NCBI RefSeq assembly: GCF_009914755.1
Contig: NC_060934.1
Length of the DNA stretch: 64,000 bases
Origin: the human T2T-CHM13v2.0 reference genome, Homo sapiens
Reading direction: 5' to 3' (one strand)
Position numbers and translations under genes: made by a program. The notes under the pieces were generated by a model. The model worked only from the letters and a program-made list of their open reading frames with translations, did not search any database and was not told the DNA's origin. Of the stretch, positions 25,968 through 41,777 are shown one piece after another. The first letter of the stretch is position 1, and every line of letters begins with the position of its first letter.

Positions 25968-28758
25968 TAAGATAACTCTATTCTACTTCCTTATATTGTT
26001 AGGTGGTTTGCTGGACCTCAGTAAACTTAAGGTATACAACTAACTTCTGAATTTGGTACAGCTGAATTCTCACAGCACTAGGATAGTTGCTGGACACTTT
26101 AAACACACTTTTCTGTATCTAGACCCATTAGTTGAGACACTCCAATGGAGGCATTTTAAAAAGTCTCTTGTACTTCATAAATAGTTGAGCACCTATTCCC
26201 CGTATCTACTTAACAAATGTTGGCTAAGTGAGTAAATGAATGGCTTAAATGAGTGAAATGTTTCTATAAACTAAACATGGCAATTTAATAAGAAAATTAC
26301 CAATTCAAAGGACCTCTCAGTAGCCACGTGGTTTCGTGAAATCTGCAGGAAAACCCAAAGGGGAGGCAGCAGCTTTTAATAGCATAAAATGACCTAGGCC
26401 ACGCTTAGGGTAATTAATTCACAGATGTAGACAAACATTGGCAGTAGACCTGGTGAATCTTCATTTCATTAAACAGTATCAGAAGCTAAATGGAAGGCAC
26501 CAGATGCTGAAATAAAATTTCAAAATCTAGATGGTGTAAAAGCTGGTTATTAATTTCATAGAAAATATGTGCTATGAATTAGAATAATAGACTTTAAAAA
26601 CTTTAGAAGTGAAATTATACAGAAAAACAAATCTCAATATTTTCTGAGTGATTGAATTCCTTAGAGAAAACTAGATTGAAAGTCAGATTTGTCCATATGA
26701 TTTTTGATCTCATTTGTCTATGCTAATAGGAAAGTGATGTGGAAAGGGTTAATGTTAGGAAATTTATTTATTAGAACTAAGTGTTAACAGAAGCTTTGTG
26801 GGTGACTTTTGGATAAGCCCTTGGCCATTCTCTCTCTTCAGATAATGCTTTCCTTTACTTGATTTGAAACATTTTATGTTTAGACTGGATTTTCCTTTAT
26901 TTAAGATTAATATCAGAATAATGTATGGAATGAAAATTATTTATTTTAGCTCAGTAACTTGAGTGTACTTTTTTTTCCAATTTTATCAGAATATGTGGAG
27001 TCTTTCTGTTACATTCAGGGAATCTCAGAGAATATATATCATGTGGTCAGTTTTAAGGTTCATCCAAATAGAAATAAATGTTTTAGGTCTGCACATTTTC
27101 CTCATTGCCTCTTTCAGACATGGGTCTATTACCTAACCTATTGCTCCACTAAAATACTCAGTTCCTGACCATATCCCTTTCCATGCCAGATTTGGAATTT
27201 GCAGGCCTGGTAACATGGCAGGTCCCAGGCATAGTTCACAAAACTGAAATAGAGACAAGCATACAGCACCAGACAATGGTTGCTGCTGCTACTACATCAA
27301 GTGCAATCTTGCCACCACGGCCCTTAAGGCCATCTGCACGGATTCTAGCTAATTTAACCAACAAATCTCCCCCTCCTTACAAGCTATTCTGTCATTCACA
27401 TACATCATATCAATCCCTTTTGCCAGCTCTTTACTTGTTGTGTTCATCTGGCCTAGAATGTTTCTTTACCCTTGTTAAATTTACCTGTTTTTCAAAGCCC
27501 AATTCAAGACCTAACACCTCACTGGTCATCAATAGAAGCAAGCTGTAATTGGCTATAAAATGGAAGGAGTTATCTGGATTACGTTATTCAGCTTGGTCTT
27601 TAATCATGCATTCTGCTTATAAATTACTGCATATGTTTCAAATCCCATCACAAGTGGATCTTTTTGGAAGGCCTTTCCCACAATGCTATCCTTCATATGA
27701 AGTTCTTTAGCAAAAGAGTCTATTAAAGTTAGTTGAATGCCTGTGATCTGTCATTCTGTACTTGACTTTCAAGCATTTTTCCAAACTAGATTAGATATCA
27801 CCTTCCCTGGAAAGACATGTTTTTATCCCAAAGGAACATTCCCTTAATATAAGTTCTCATAGCATGCAGTATGTTTTCACAGCACATACAATTTTATTTA
27901 ATTGTGTCTCCAATCTTTTATATTGTGCTCTTTTAGCTGCACTATGTTACTTGTTCATTATTGTGTCCCTAGTACCAGCCAGAGATATGATGCCTGAACT
28001 AAAATGAGTAATCAATAGAATTGCATGTTTATTGGATGTTTGAAACTGTGAGTCCTCCATCTCCAGTAAGATTAGGCTACTAGAGTTTCCTTTATGTGTC
28101 CTTTGTGTTTATCATAGAGGCTTATATACAGAAGACATAACAATTATGTATTTCCTGTTTCTAAGAGACTCTAGCTAAGTAGGAAAAGTGACAGGAAATG
28201 CTATATAATATTAGAGGAGATTTAATGGACAGTAAATATTTCCAGGCTTTTAGGGGCCTATTTTTTTTTCTGGGTCCTAGCAATTTTAGCCTTGCCTCAT
28301 CCACTTAGAACAAGAGTCATCTTTTCTATACACATGTTTATAGGCATCTCATTATTTAATTGTCTAGGCTTGCAAAAATAAATAAACCCCCTTTCTTGGT
28401 TAATAATCAAAAGACTAGTAAATTACCCCACTTTGCTGTTACCACTACTCTCTCATCCTTCATGTATTCAGTAGCTATTTTATCTCTTCATATGTTTCTC
28501 AATTATTTCCTGGGACTCTGTGCTCCAATTCTCAAGTAATACCAGAGATAGCCTAAGGCAGGAGCCACCTTAGGACAGGAGCCACTGCCTTTTCTTTATA
28601 GGATCCTTTTCTCTCCATCAGATTTTAAGGTAGGAGTATCATACTTAATGCTAGAAGTTAACAACTCTATAGTGCTACCTATGTGGATATACTTAACATC
28701 TTAGAATGCAGAAGGTGACATCAAACAAGATCAGGGAAGGAGTATGGAAATCTAGAGG

Positions 28759-29382
28759 AATCTAGAAGTATCCACTGTCACTTGCTTTCTCATTTTCTGT
28801 CTTCAGCTCTTTATAGTGGCCAAAGTGCAGACCTCAAAGCAGGTCTGAGTCCTTACTCTGTACCTCAGGTTTAGCCTCAGGTATGCCAGACAGTCCAGTT
28901 CCCAGCTCTGAAATAGTGAGAGCTAGAGGACTTGGGCTACTCTTGACCCTAAACACCATCCTGATACATATTGGAGGGTTATGACAACAATGATCAATGA
29001 AGAAGTTTTGATACTCCTCACAATGGAAATAGTAATTATCTTGGGGTTCTTACCTCTTTGTATCCTAGACTTTTTTTTTTTTTAATTCTTGACGCCAATG
29101 GCTTGGTACTTAACCTCTTTTCTCCTGGATTTCTGGTTTATTTAACCAGAGGTGCATGTTTCTTTTGGCAGGCACAGATGACACTGGTCACTTGGTTGGA
29201 TTAATGCTACAGTTCTCAGCAAAGCTTCCAATAACATGCTATGTTGAATGGCTCCTTGGGCATTACCTATCCCAGTCATTGCTTCAGAATTCTTCTTATT
29301 CCCGAGTTGGACTTTCTCTCAACTACTAATTTCGTCCATTGCTCCTAGAGAATATTGAAATGTCTTTGAAAGCATCTTTATC
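28759..29382 (-). pseudogene. Processed pseudogene of the PRDM9/PRDM7 family (KRAB, SSXRD, zinc knuckle, N-terminal half of PR/SET); multiple stops and frameshifts
   Basis: - strand 29379-29347 reads KDAFKDISIFS (PRDM9 VKDAFKDISIYFT). 29049-28759 reads in one frame EPQDNYYFHCEEYQNFFIDHCCHNPPICIRMVFRVKSSPSPLALTISELGTGLSGIPEAKPEVQSKDSDLL*GLHFGHYKELKTENEKASDSGYF*I, against recalled PRDM9 [100 protein letters not shown]. Segments from several parental exons are contiguous. Confidence 0.88.
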
Positions 29383-31759
29383 TATCACGATGCTCAAAGG
29401 AATGCCAGTTCACTGGAAGGAGAAGTAAAGGAGGAGCCCAACAGGGGATTAGTGTGCATTTGTTAACAAACAACCTGTTCTTCTATGGAGAAGAGGCCCG
29501 TGATAGATCAGGTCTTTAAGGGTGAGCCTGGCCCAGGCCATGTCTTCTGTCAGTAAATCCTATGGTGAGTCATAGGATCATGGGATATGATTATTTCTTT
29601 TTATTAACACATATGATAGAGGGTTCAGAGAAGAGGAAGAAAGGATTAAAAAAAAAACTAACTCCTGAATAGTAACCTAGAAACTGTTTGTCTATTTTTG
29701 GAATATGACCTATTCTTCACATGAAACTGAATTCTAGTTCTGTTGTGTATGAGTGTGTGTTGGGGGGTGGGTGTAAGACTGTGATTCTCAACCTTGATTT
29801 GTGACATCATTGACAATCTCCAAGATTGTGGTAAAGTTCCTTTTTAAAAAATCATAAAAGTTTAAAAATTTTCCTTATTAAACTCCTGCCATGGAACTTT
29901 TTAAAGAGAAGACAAAGGTGCAGTTTAATTAATCTCAACATAGAGTAACTTCTCTCCTGAGATTTTGGAAATTGTGTTTCCAACATAATCTTTTATTAAA
30001 AATACTGAAAAGGATGGGAAATAATGCTAATTGTGCAATCAATACTTAATCTTGAAAACACTGAGGAACTATTTCAGATACAGATAAAAATTATGAAATC
30101 TTTTATAATAGTTATTTTGTTATTAAATTAGGCATTATTTGTTATTATTGAAAGATACTCCAAAACTAATTTGAATCTTTGCTATAAAATAGAATTTTGT
30201 TTCTGTTTGCTTCAGTTTATCCCATTAGAAGCAGGAAGGGCTGCTATTGGCACATAGCCATGTCACCCCTTATGACAAATCTATTCTAAATTGATATAAG
30301 TTTTGAGGATCAGTCCTTTTATAAAGATGGTGAATGAGTTTCCCTAGACCCATATAAAGTTTTTAACCTACTCTGTCCTTGGGAAAAGCTCATTTACAGT
30401 GATTTTTAAAATAGCTGTGAGGGCTTGTTCTTTCTGAGCAAGTAGTAATGCCAAATTTGATAGTCACTGTAGAATACAAGCCACAGAAATATAAATATTA
30501 TCCTGGAAAGCCATGACATCTTTGCAAAGAGAGAGACTTAACTATATAAAGTGATTTCTGCATTTTCTGTGTGTATCTGCAAATAATAAATCATCACTGT
30601 TTCTTGGTTTGTGTTACATGCTTTTCCCCCCTAAAAACTGGACTCAAGTTTTAATTTTGAAAATGATTTTTCAAATCTCCAATCAGAACTTCTGAGACGG
30701 AGGCACCACTAAATGAGAAATTAAATGTTAAAGCTTTAATATTTACTGTTAGTTCAATTAAATATGTAAAAGCTGATGAGCTGAGCATTATCGGGGGAAT
30801 AGAATGATGAGTGACATGGCACCTGCCTGCAAAGAGCTTGACGTTTCATTGGTGGTGGGGATAGGAAGCATATATGGAGCAAACAATGCTTAAGCAATGA
30901 ATGATCAGTAAAGAAACTTCTAAATACTAGACCTGGCTTTTAAAGCAATTAATAATGACTCCTTCAGAAACAAGATTATTCTTGTAAGTTAAAGAGTCAC
31001 TGCTTTATGCAGCTGATTGATAAGAAGGATTTTTGGATGTGGCACTAACAAGCATGAGATCCTTTTCATAGTACCTTTATTATGGTTTAATATGTTCAGG
31101 ATGGGCACTCCAGTCAGTTAATGAGGGAATTGTGTATGCTTATTAACAGGTATTGAAGAGATTAATAGGTATTAATCTAAATTAACAGATTTTTCTGAAA
31201 TCATTCCATTGGAAGCCTCAGATGCTTTGGTGAAAGTCAACGGTGCCTTTTTAGCCAACTTGGAGGTTTTGAGGAATGTGTAACAACAGTTGTACCAGAA
31301 AGATCCAATCTGTTTTTTCCACCATTCATTTCAGCACTAGCTGGAGCCATGCTTCTTTTCCTGAGAAGGTCATTTGTACTCTGACATCCCATTGAGATGA
31401 CAGTCTATTTTTTATGATTTTAAAATTGATGTTGTGTCAACTATCTTATCAAATACCTTCAAACCCTGAACTGAGTCTTGTGCACAATAACTTCTTCAAC
31501 AACCTATCATGGTTTTAAAATTCAATTTATTCTTTTTTTTTTTCTTTTTTTTTTATTATACTTTAAGTTTTAGGGTACATGTGCACATTGTGCAGGTTAG
31601 TTACATATGTATACATGTGCCATGCTGGTGCGCTGCACCCACTAACTCGTCATCTAGCATTAGGTATATCGCCCAATGCTATCCCTCCCCCCTCCCCCCA
31701 CCCCACCACAGTCCCCAGAGTGTGATATTCCCCTTCCTGTGTCCATGTGATCTCATTGT

Positions 31760-35581
<3,822 letters not shown>

Positions 35582-35644
35582 TATGATGTTAGCTGGTGAT
35601 TTTGCTCGTTAGTTGATGCAGTTTCTTCCTAGTCTCGATGGTCT

Positions 35645-36661
35645 TTACATTTTGGCATGAATTTGCAGCGGCTGGTACTGGTTGTTCCTTTCCATGTTTA
35701 GCGCTTCCTTCAGGAGCTCTTTTAGGGCAGGTCTGGTGGTGACAAAATCTCTCAGCATTTGCTTGTCTGTAAAGTATTTTATTTCTCCTTCACTTATGAA
35801 GCTTAGCTTGGCTGGATATGAAATTCTGGGTTGAAAATTCTTTTCTTTAAGAATGTTGAATATTGGCCCCCACTCTCTTCTGGCTTGTAGGGTTTCTGCC
35901 GAGAGATCTGCTGTTAGTCTGATGGGCTTCCCTTTGAGGGTAACCCGACCTTTCTCTCTGGCTGCCCTTAGCATTTTTTCCTTCATTTCAACTTTGGTGA
36001 ATCTGACAATTATGTGTCTTGGAGTTGCTCTTCTCGAGGAGTATCTTTGTGGCGTTCTCTGTATTTCCTGAATCTGAACATTGGCCTGCCTTGCTAGATT
36101 GGGGAAGTTCTCCTGGATAATATCCTGCAGAGTGTTTTCCAACTTGGTTCCATTCTCCCTGTCACTTTCAGATACACCAATCAGACGTAGATTTGGTCTT
36201 TTCACATAGTCCCATATTTCTTGGAGGCTTTGCTCATTTCTTTTTATTCTTTTTTCTCTAAACTTCCCTTCTCGCTTCATTTCATTCATTTCATCTTCCA
36301 TTGCTGACACCCTTTCTTCCAGTTGATCGCATCAGCTCCTGAGGCTTCTGCATTCTTCACATAGTTCTCGAGCCTTGGTTTTCAGCTCCATCAGCTCCTT
36401 TAAGCACTTCTCTGTATTGGTTATTCTAGTTATACATTCTTCTAAATTTTTTTCAAAGTTTTCAACTTCTTTGCCTTTGGTTTGAATGTCCTCCTGTAGC
36501 TCAGAGTAATTTGATCGTCTGAAGCCTTCTTCTCTCAGCTCGTCAAAGTCATTCTCCATCCAGCTTTGTTCTGTTGCTGGTGAGGAGCTGCGTTCCTTTG
36601 GAGGAGGAGAGGCACTCTGATTTTTAGAGCTTCCAGTTTTTCTGTTCTGTTTTTTCCCCAT
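35645..36661 (-). pseudogene. L1 ORF1 (RNA-binding chaperone), disrupted by one nonsense codon
   Basis: MGKKQNRKTG...RSLRS* (CGA>TGA at 36332-36334), then continues in frame to ...HAKM. Confidence 0.95.
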
Positions 36662-37568
36662 CTTTGTGGTTTTATCTACTTTTGGTCTTTGATGATGGTG
36701 ATGTACAGAGGGGTTTTTGGTGTGGATGTCCTTTCTGTTTGTTAGTTTTCCTTCTAACAGACAGGACCCTCAGCTGCAGGTCTGTTGGAATACCCTGCCG
36801 TGTGAGGTGTCAGTGTGCCCCTGCTGGGGGGTGCCTCCCAGTTAGGCTGCTCAGGGGTCAGGGGTCAGGGACCCACTTGAAGAGGCAGTCTGCCGGTTCT
36901 CAGATCTCCAGCTGCGTGCTGGGAGAACCACTGCTCCCTTCAAAGCTGTCAGACAGGGACATTTAAGTCTGCAGAGGTTACTGCTGTCTTTTTGTTTGTC
37001 TGTGCCCTGCCCCCAGAGGTGGAGGCTACAGAGGCAGGCAGGCCTCCTTGAGCTGTGGTGGGCTCCACCCAGTTCGAGCTTCCTGGCTGCTTTGTTTACC
37101 TAAGCAAGCCTGGGCAATGGCGGGCGCCCCTCCCCCAGCCTCGCTGCCGCCTTGCAGTTTGATCACAGACTGCTGTGCTAGCAATCAGCGAGATTCCGTG
37201 GGCGTAGGACCCTCAGAGCCAGGTGTGGGATATAGTCTCGTGGTGTGCCGTTTCTTAAGCCGGTCTGAAAAGCGCAATATTCGGGTGGGAGTGACCCGAT
37301 TTTCCAGGTGCGTCCGTCACCCCTTTCTTTGACTCGGAAAGGGAACTCCCTGACCCCTTGCGCTTCCCAGGTGAGGCAATGCCTCGCCCTGCTTTGGCTC
37401 GCGCACCGTGCGCGCACCCACTGGCCTGCGCCCACTGTCTGGCACTCCCTAGTGAGATGAACCCGGTACCTCAGATGGAAATGCAGAAATCACCGGTCTT
37501 CTGCGTCGGTCACGCTGGGAGCTGTAGACCGGAGCAGTTCCTATTCGGCCATCTTGGCACCTCCCCCC
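36662..37568. promoter_or_regulatory. L1 5'UTR bidirectional promoter (sense promoter on -, antisense promoter on +); YY1 site intact
   Basis: CpG-rich 5'UTR; YY1 CAAGATGGCCG at 37546-37556 (- strand). Confidence 0.8.
37117..37332 (+). CDS. L1 ORF0 (71 aa), open, in the antisense 5'UTR
   Basis: GCAATGG Kozak; MAGAPPPASLPPCSLITDCCASNQRDSVGVGPSEPGVGYSLVVCRFLSRSEKRNIRVGVTRFSRCVRHPFL*; both internal splice donors present (GT at 37223 and 37308). Confidence 0.85.
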   Translation: MAGAPPPASLPPCSLITDCCASNQRDSVGVGPSEPGVGYSLVVCRFLSRSEKRNIRVGVTRFSRCVRHPFL

Positions 37569-39560
37569 AATTTATTCTTTAGAATAATGGGGGAGGTGTC
37601 CCTCTGAGCTAATTACTTGTTGGAGCTAATACTAGGGGATACTATATTTGTGCTTAAAAGAGCTATGAAATGTCAACCTCAGATACATGAAAAGCTTAAA
37701 TAAGGGGAATCCTAACTGAGAGTCCACCTTTGACTTTGAGATTGGAAGGAATAGTTGATTATTATTGGTAATGTCATTCAGAATCTTCTTTGACACAGGC
37801 AGAATATAATTATCTAATTTTTACAAGCTTGCTGTGTAGAAGATATTGGTAAGATGTAAGAACATTTTCCAATGAATGATGCTCTATAAACATATGAGCC
37901 ATGCTGAAACCGTTATTTATATATATATATATCACACTTTGATAGTTTCTGAGCTGTGTTGCAATTAATGATGTATAAAATGGTTCATGACTTGTTGATG
38001 GGATAATTCTTTGAAAGAGAAGCTTTCCTTTTCGAAGAAAATTATAAAATTTGCCTTGGGACAAAACCAGCAAACCAAATATTGTCCACTGCTCTTTGCC
38101 AATTTTGTAATTAAAAAACTAATACATCAGAGTAATAAAATTGTAGGAACCATAGAAAAGGTTCTATTCTTGGTATTTCAAAACAACTGTCTCAGTCTAA
38201 CATAATTAGCATTGTTTAGTTTGCTCTTTCAAATGGAAGGATATGTGTGTATGAATTCAAGAGCTTTGACTATTGTATACAATTCCCTTATGGATCATTA
38301 AAGATAACTTCTGTGGCTAACACCTAAGAAATGTTATCGGTTTTTAAGGTTTATTCTACTGCTTGTACTTGGGGCTTTGGCTCTTTGTTTGTGGTTTATA
38401 AAATACTGTCCAAGAAAATCAAGGCTGTCTTTACAAATTAATTATTTCTTTTTCTTTTCTTATTTTCATTGAAACATCCATGGAGATACCTTGATAAAAG
38501 TGTTTTTTCTTCATGGCAAAACAGGACAAATAGATTTGCAAAACCACATGAACTGATATACTTTAAGGGAGAGTTTATAAAAATACTGTACGCTGTAGCA
38601 GATCCTGAAGAACAAAGCTTATCACCTGAAAAAACATAACTGCTTTAGTTTAAATATTAATTTCTCTGAAGAATTCTGGTTTGATTATTTTTAAAAGGAG
38701 TAGACAAAAATTTTCTTTAATAATTTCCGTGTAGTCACTGATCTAGAAAATTCTAAAAGGCTCATAAATAAATGAGATGGGGATCACTAAGTTATGAAAT
38801 AAGTAGTAGTGAAAAAATAAATTCTATTTCTAATAATATAGCATTTATATAACTGCATTTAATTATATACAGTAAAACAAAGTTCAGGAAGATAAATAGG
38901 GAATTTTTAAATATCTACATCCAGAATATCTTGTTATTTTTGTTAGAAAACAGTTGAGTATGTGATTGGAGACTGAAACTTCTTTTTGAAAGCATATTAG
39001 TGTAATGTATTTCTTGATTACTCTTTATTTCTAAAACTTTTAGCAAATTAACTTTCTCACCTTGGAAGTATCTAATGACTAGACACATTCTAAAACTACT
39101 TTTTCAAGAGAGTTAGTTGATTTGGAGGCTCAGCTCAGTTAATTTCAATACTCAGACCTTGAAATCAACATAGAAAGTCTTCGAGTAGTCCTTCTGGGTC
39201 TATTACTTCCTGGAAATTCTTGCTGCAGGTTTTGTAATGACATCAAGTATTCCATGGGTCTGGACTCCCTGCTATTCCTGGATGCTATTTTCATCAGTCT
39301 CTCCAGTTATGTAAATGATTTATATTGATTCCCTCTCAGTCTTTCTCTGTTTTTCTCTTTGCAAATAGCTCTTTTACTGAGAGCAACACAAACACAATAC
39401 TGCCCCAAATAGAAAACCTTGACAATTATAGCTGAATTTTGTTATTCTGTTAGGTTCCCTTACAGCTTTCAGTGTAGCTCAGTTCAGCTTTGTCCATCAA
39501 ATCACTAAGTATTTTGGTGGATGGCAGGGTTAGAAGGGTTGAGTCTTATTTCTTGTGTGC

Positions 39561-40210
39561 TGTGTTAGTTTTGTATTGCTACATAAACTACAACAAAGTT
39601 CATCATTCAAACAACAAACATTTATTATATCACAGTTTTTGTAGGTCAGAAGCCTAGGCTGGATGACCTGACTGTGTCCTCTGCTCAGGGTCTCTCTAGG
39701 TCTCTAGGCTTCAGCTGGGGCTGTGGTCTTATCAGGAGCTTGGAGTCCCCTTCCAAGTTCATTCTGGTCCTTGGCAGAATTAACTCCCTTGTGGTTATAG
39801 GATGGAGATCCCTGTTTTATTTGTTTGTCTGTTTGTTTTGTTTTGTTTTGTGCTGGCCTCAGCTTCTAGAGGCTGCCCTCAGGAAATGGCCATGTATTTC
39901 TCTCACAGCCTGGATGGCTGTCTTCTTCAGAACAACCAGGAGAATTTTTTTCATTTCAAATATCTTTCTCTTTTGAATAACTCACCTGATTAAGTTAGGC
40001 CATCCAGGATAATTTTCATTTTGACTCAAAATCAACTGATTTGAGATTACATCCACAACATTCCTTCATCTTTGTCGGGTAATATCACTTAATCATGGCA
40101 GTAAAATCCATCATATTATATACCTGTCCATACTCAATGGGAGGGGATGATAAATGGTGTGTGCAAGAGGAAGGAATCTTGGGGACCATCTTAGAATTCT
40201 ACCTTCTGCA
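39561..40210 (-). mobile_element. MLT1E-like MaLR LTR
   Basis: tgtgttagttt..tattgct start; ctcacctgattaagttaggcc..ccaggataat; cttggggaccatcttagaattct end. Confidence 0.75.
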
Positions 40211-40511
40211 TATGCCATATCTTTTCAGAATGAGTTTCTATTTTCAACATTGGTTTAGAATTGAAGTGTTGAGTTACAGGTGTATCAGTGAGTGATGTGA
40301 CTAAAGACCTTATGGGTCCATAGCTACCATAGCCTGTGACTGCCATCTGCCATCATTATCTGGTGGCACTTGCCATACTATTAATTAGTACTTTCGACTG
40401 AAAAAAAAAAAACCTTTATGCTTAGCAGAAGAGTAAACACCAAACAGCGTTTAAAATTACTATTATAATCCAAAAATATAAAAATATTTATAAAAAGAAG
40501 CTGTGTGTTTA

Positions 40512-40945
<434 letters not shown>

Positions 40946-41231
40946 AATAGTATGCTTTAGTTGTCCTCCTTTGTTGTCCTGTTCCTTCCCTAATTAAACA
41001 TATAGATATGCTCAGCAAATCTGCAGATGAAACAAAGCCGATAACATTAGTAAATATATTACAGTTATAAAATGGAGATCCAAAAAGTATTCTAGCAGAA
41101 TAAACATAATAGGCTGAAATTAACAGGATACGTTTAGATAGAGATAAACCTAAAAGCCCTGTATTGATGTTTTCCCTAAAAGAAAAACATTGTCTCAGGT
41201 ACAGATTAGTGGATAGATTTCTTAGCATATA

Positions 41232-41604
41232 TGTCTTAGTTCATTTTCTGCTGCTGTAACAGAATACCACAGACTGAGTAATTTATAAGGAAAACAAGTT
41301 TATTTGGCTCATAGTTTTGGAGACTGGGAAGTCCAAGAGCATAGAATTGGCATCTGGTGAGGATCATCCCACAGCAGAAAGGGAGAAGATGGAAGCAAGT
41401 ACGTGAGACAGAGAAATGGGCTGAACTCACCCTTTTTATCAAGAGCCCACCCTAGAACTTACTCCTGTAATAGGAGCATTAATCCATTCCTGCAGGCTAA
41501 GCCCTCATGATATAATCTTTTAAAGGCCCTGTCTTTTAATACTATTACAATAGCAGTTACATTTCCAACACATGAACTTTGGGGGACATACTCAAACCAT
41601 AGGA
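41232..41604 (-). mobile_element. MST (MSTC/MSTD-like) MaLR solo LTR
   Basis: tgtcttagttcattttctgctgctgtaacagaataccacagactg...catgaactttgggggaca..caaaccatag. Confidence 0.8.
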
Positions 41605-41741
41605 ATGCCTCTTAATACATTTGGAAAAGACTTAGAAATTCTGATTAGCATTGAGTTTCATGTGAACGAACAGTGGTATGGGCTGCCAGAAAAAGCTGAT
41701 CGGCTATTTAGAGAAGGAAAGTAATAATTCTGCTCTATTTT

Positions 41742-41777
41742 CTACACTTGATCTTAGCCAAAAGACTGAGAAGCAAT
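41742..41777 (-). pseudogene. 3'-truncated U2 snRNA retro-pseudogene (U2 nt 1-36)
   Basis: - strand ATTGCTTCTCAGTCTTTTGGCTAAGATCAAGTGTAG vs U2 ATCGCTTCTCGGCCTTTTGGCTAAGATCAAGTGTAG (33/36); TSD CTGCTCTATTTTCTA at 41730-41744 and 41778-41792. Confidence 0.93.

Noticed and set aside
29071-29083. T13 run as the poly(A) tail of the PRDM9 retrocopy
   Set aside because: It is internal; homology continues about 300 bp past it, and it sits at the A-rich RERKG codons, so it is a slippage expansion
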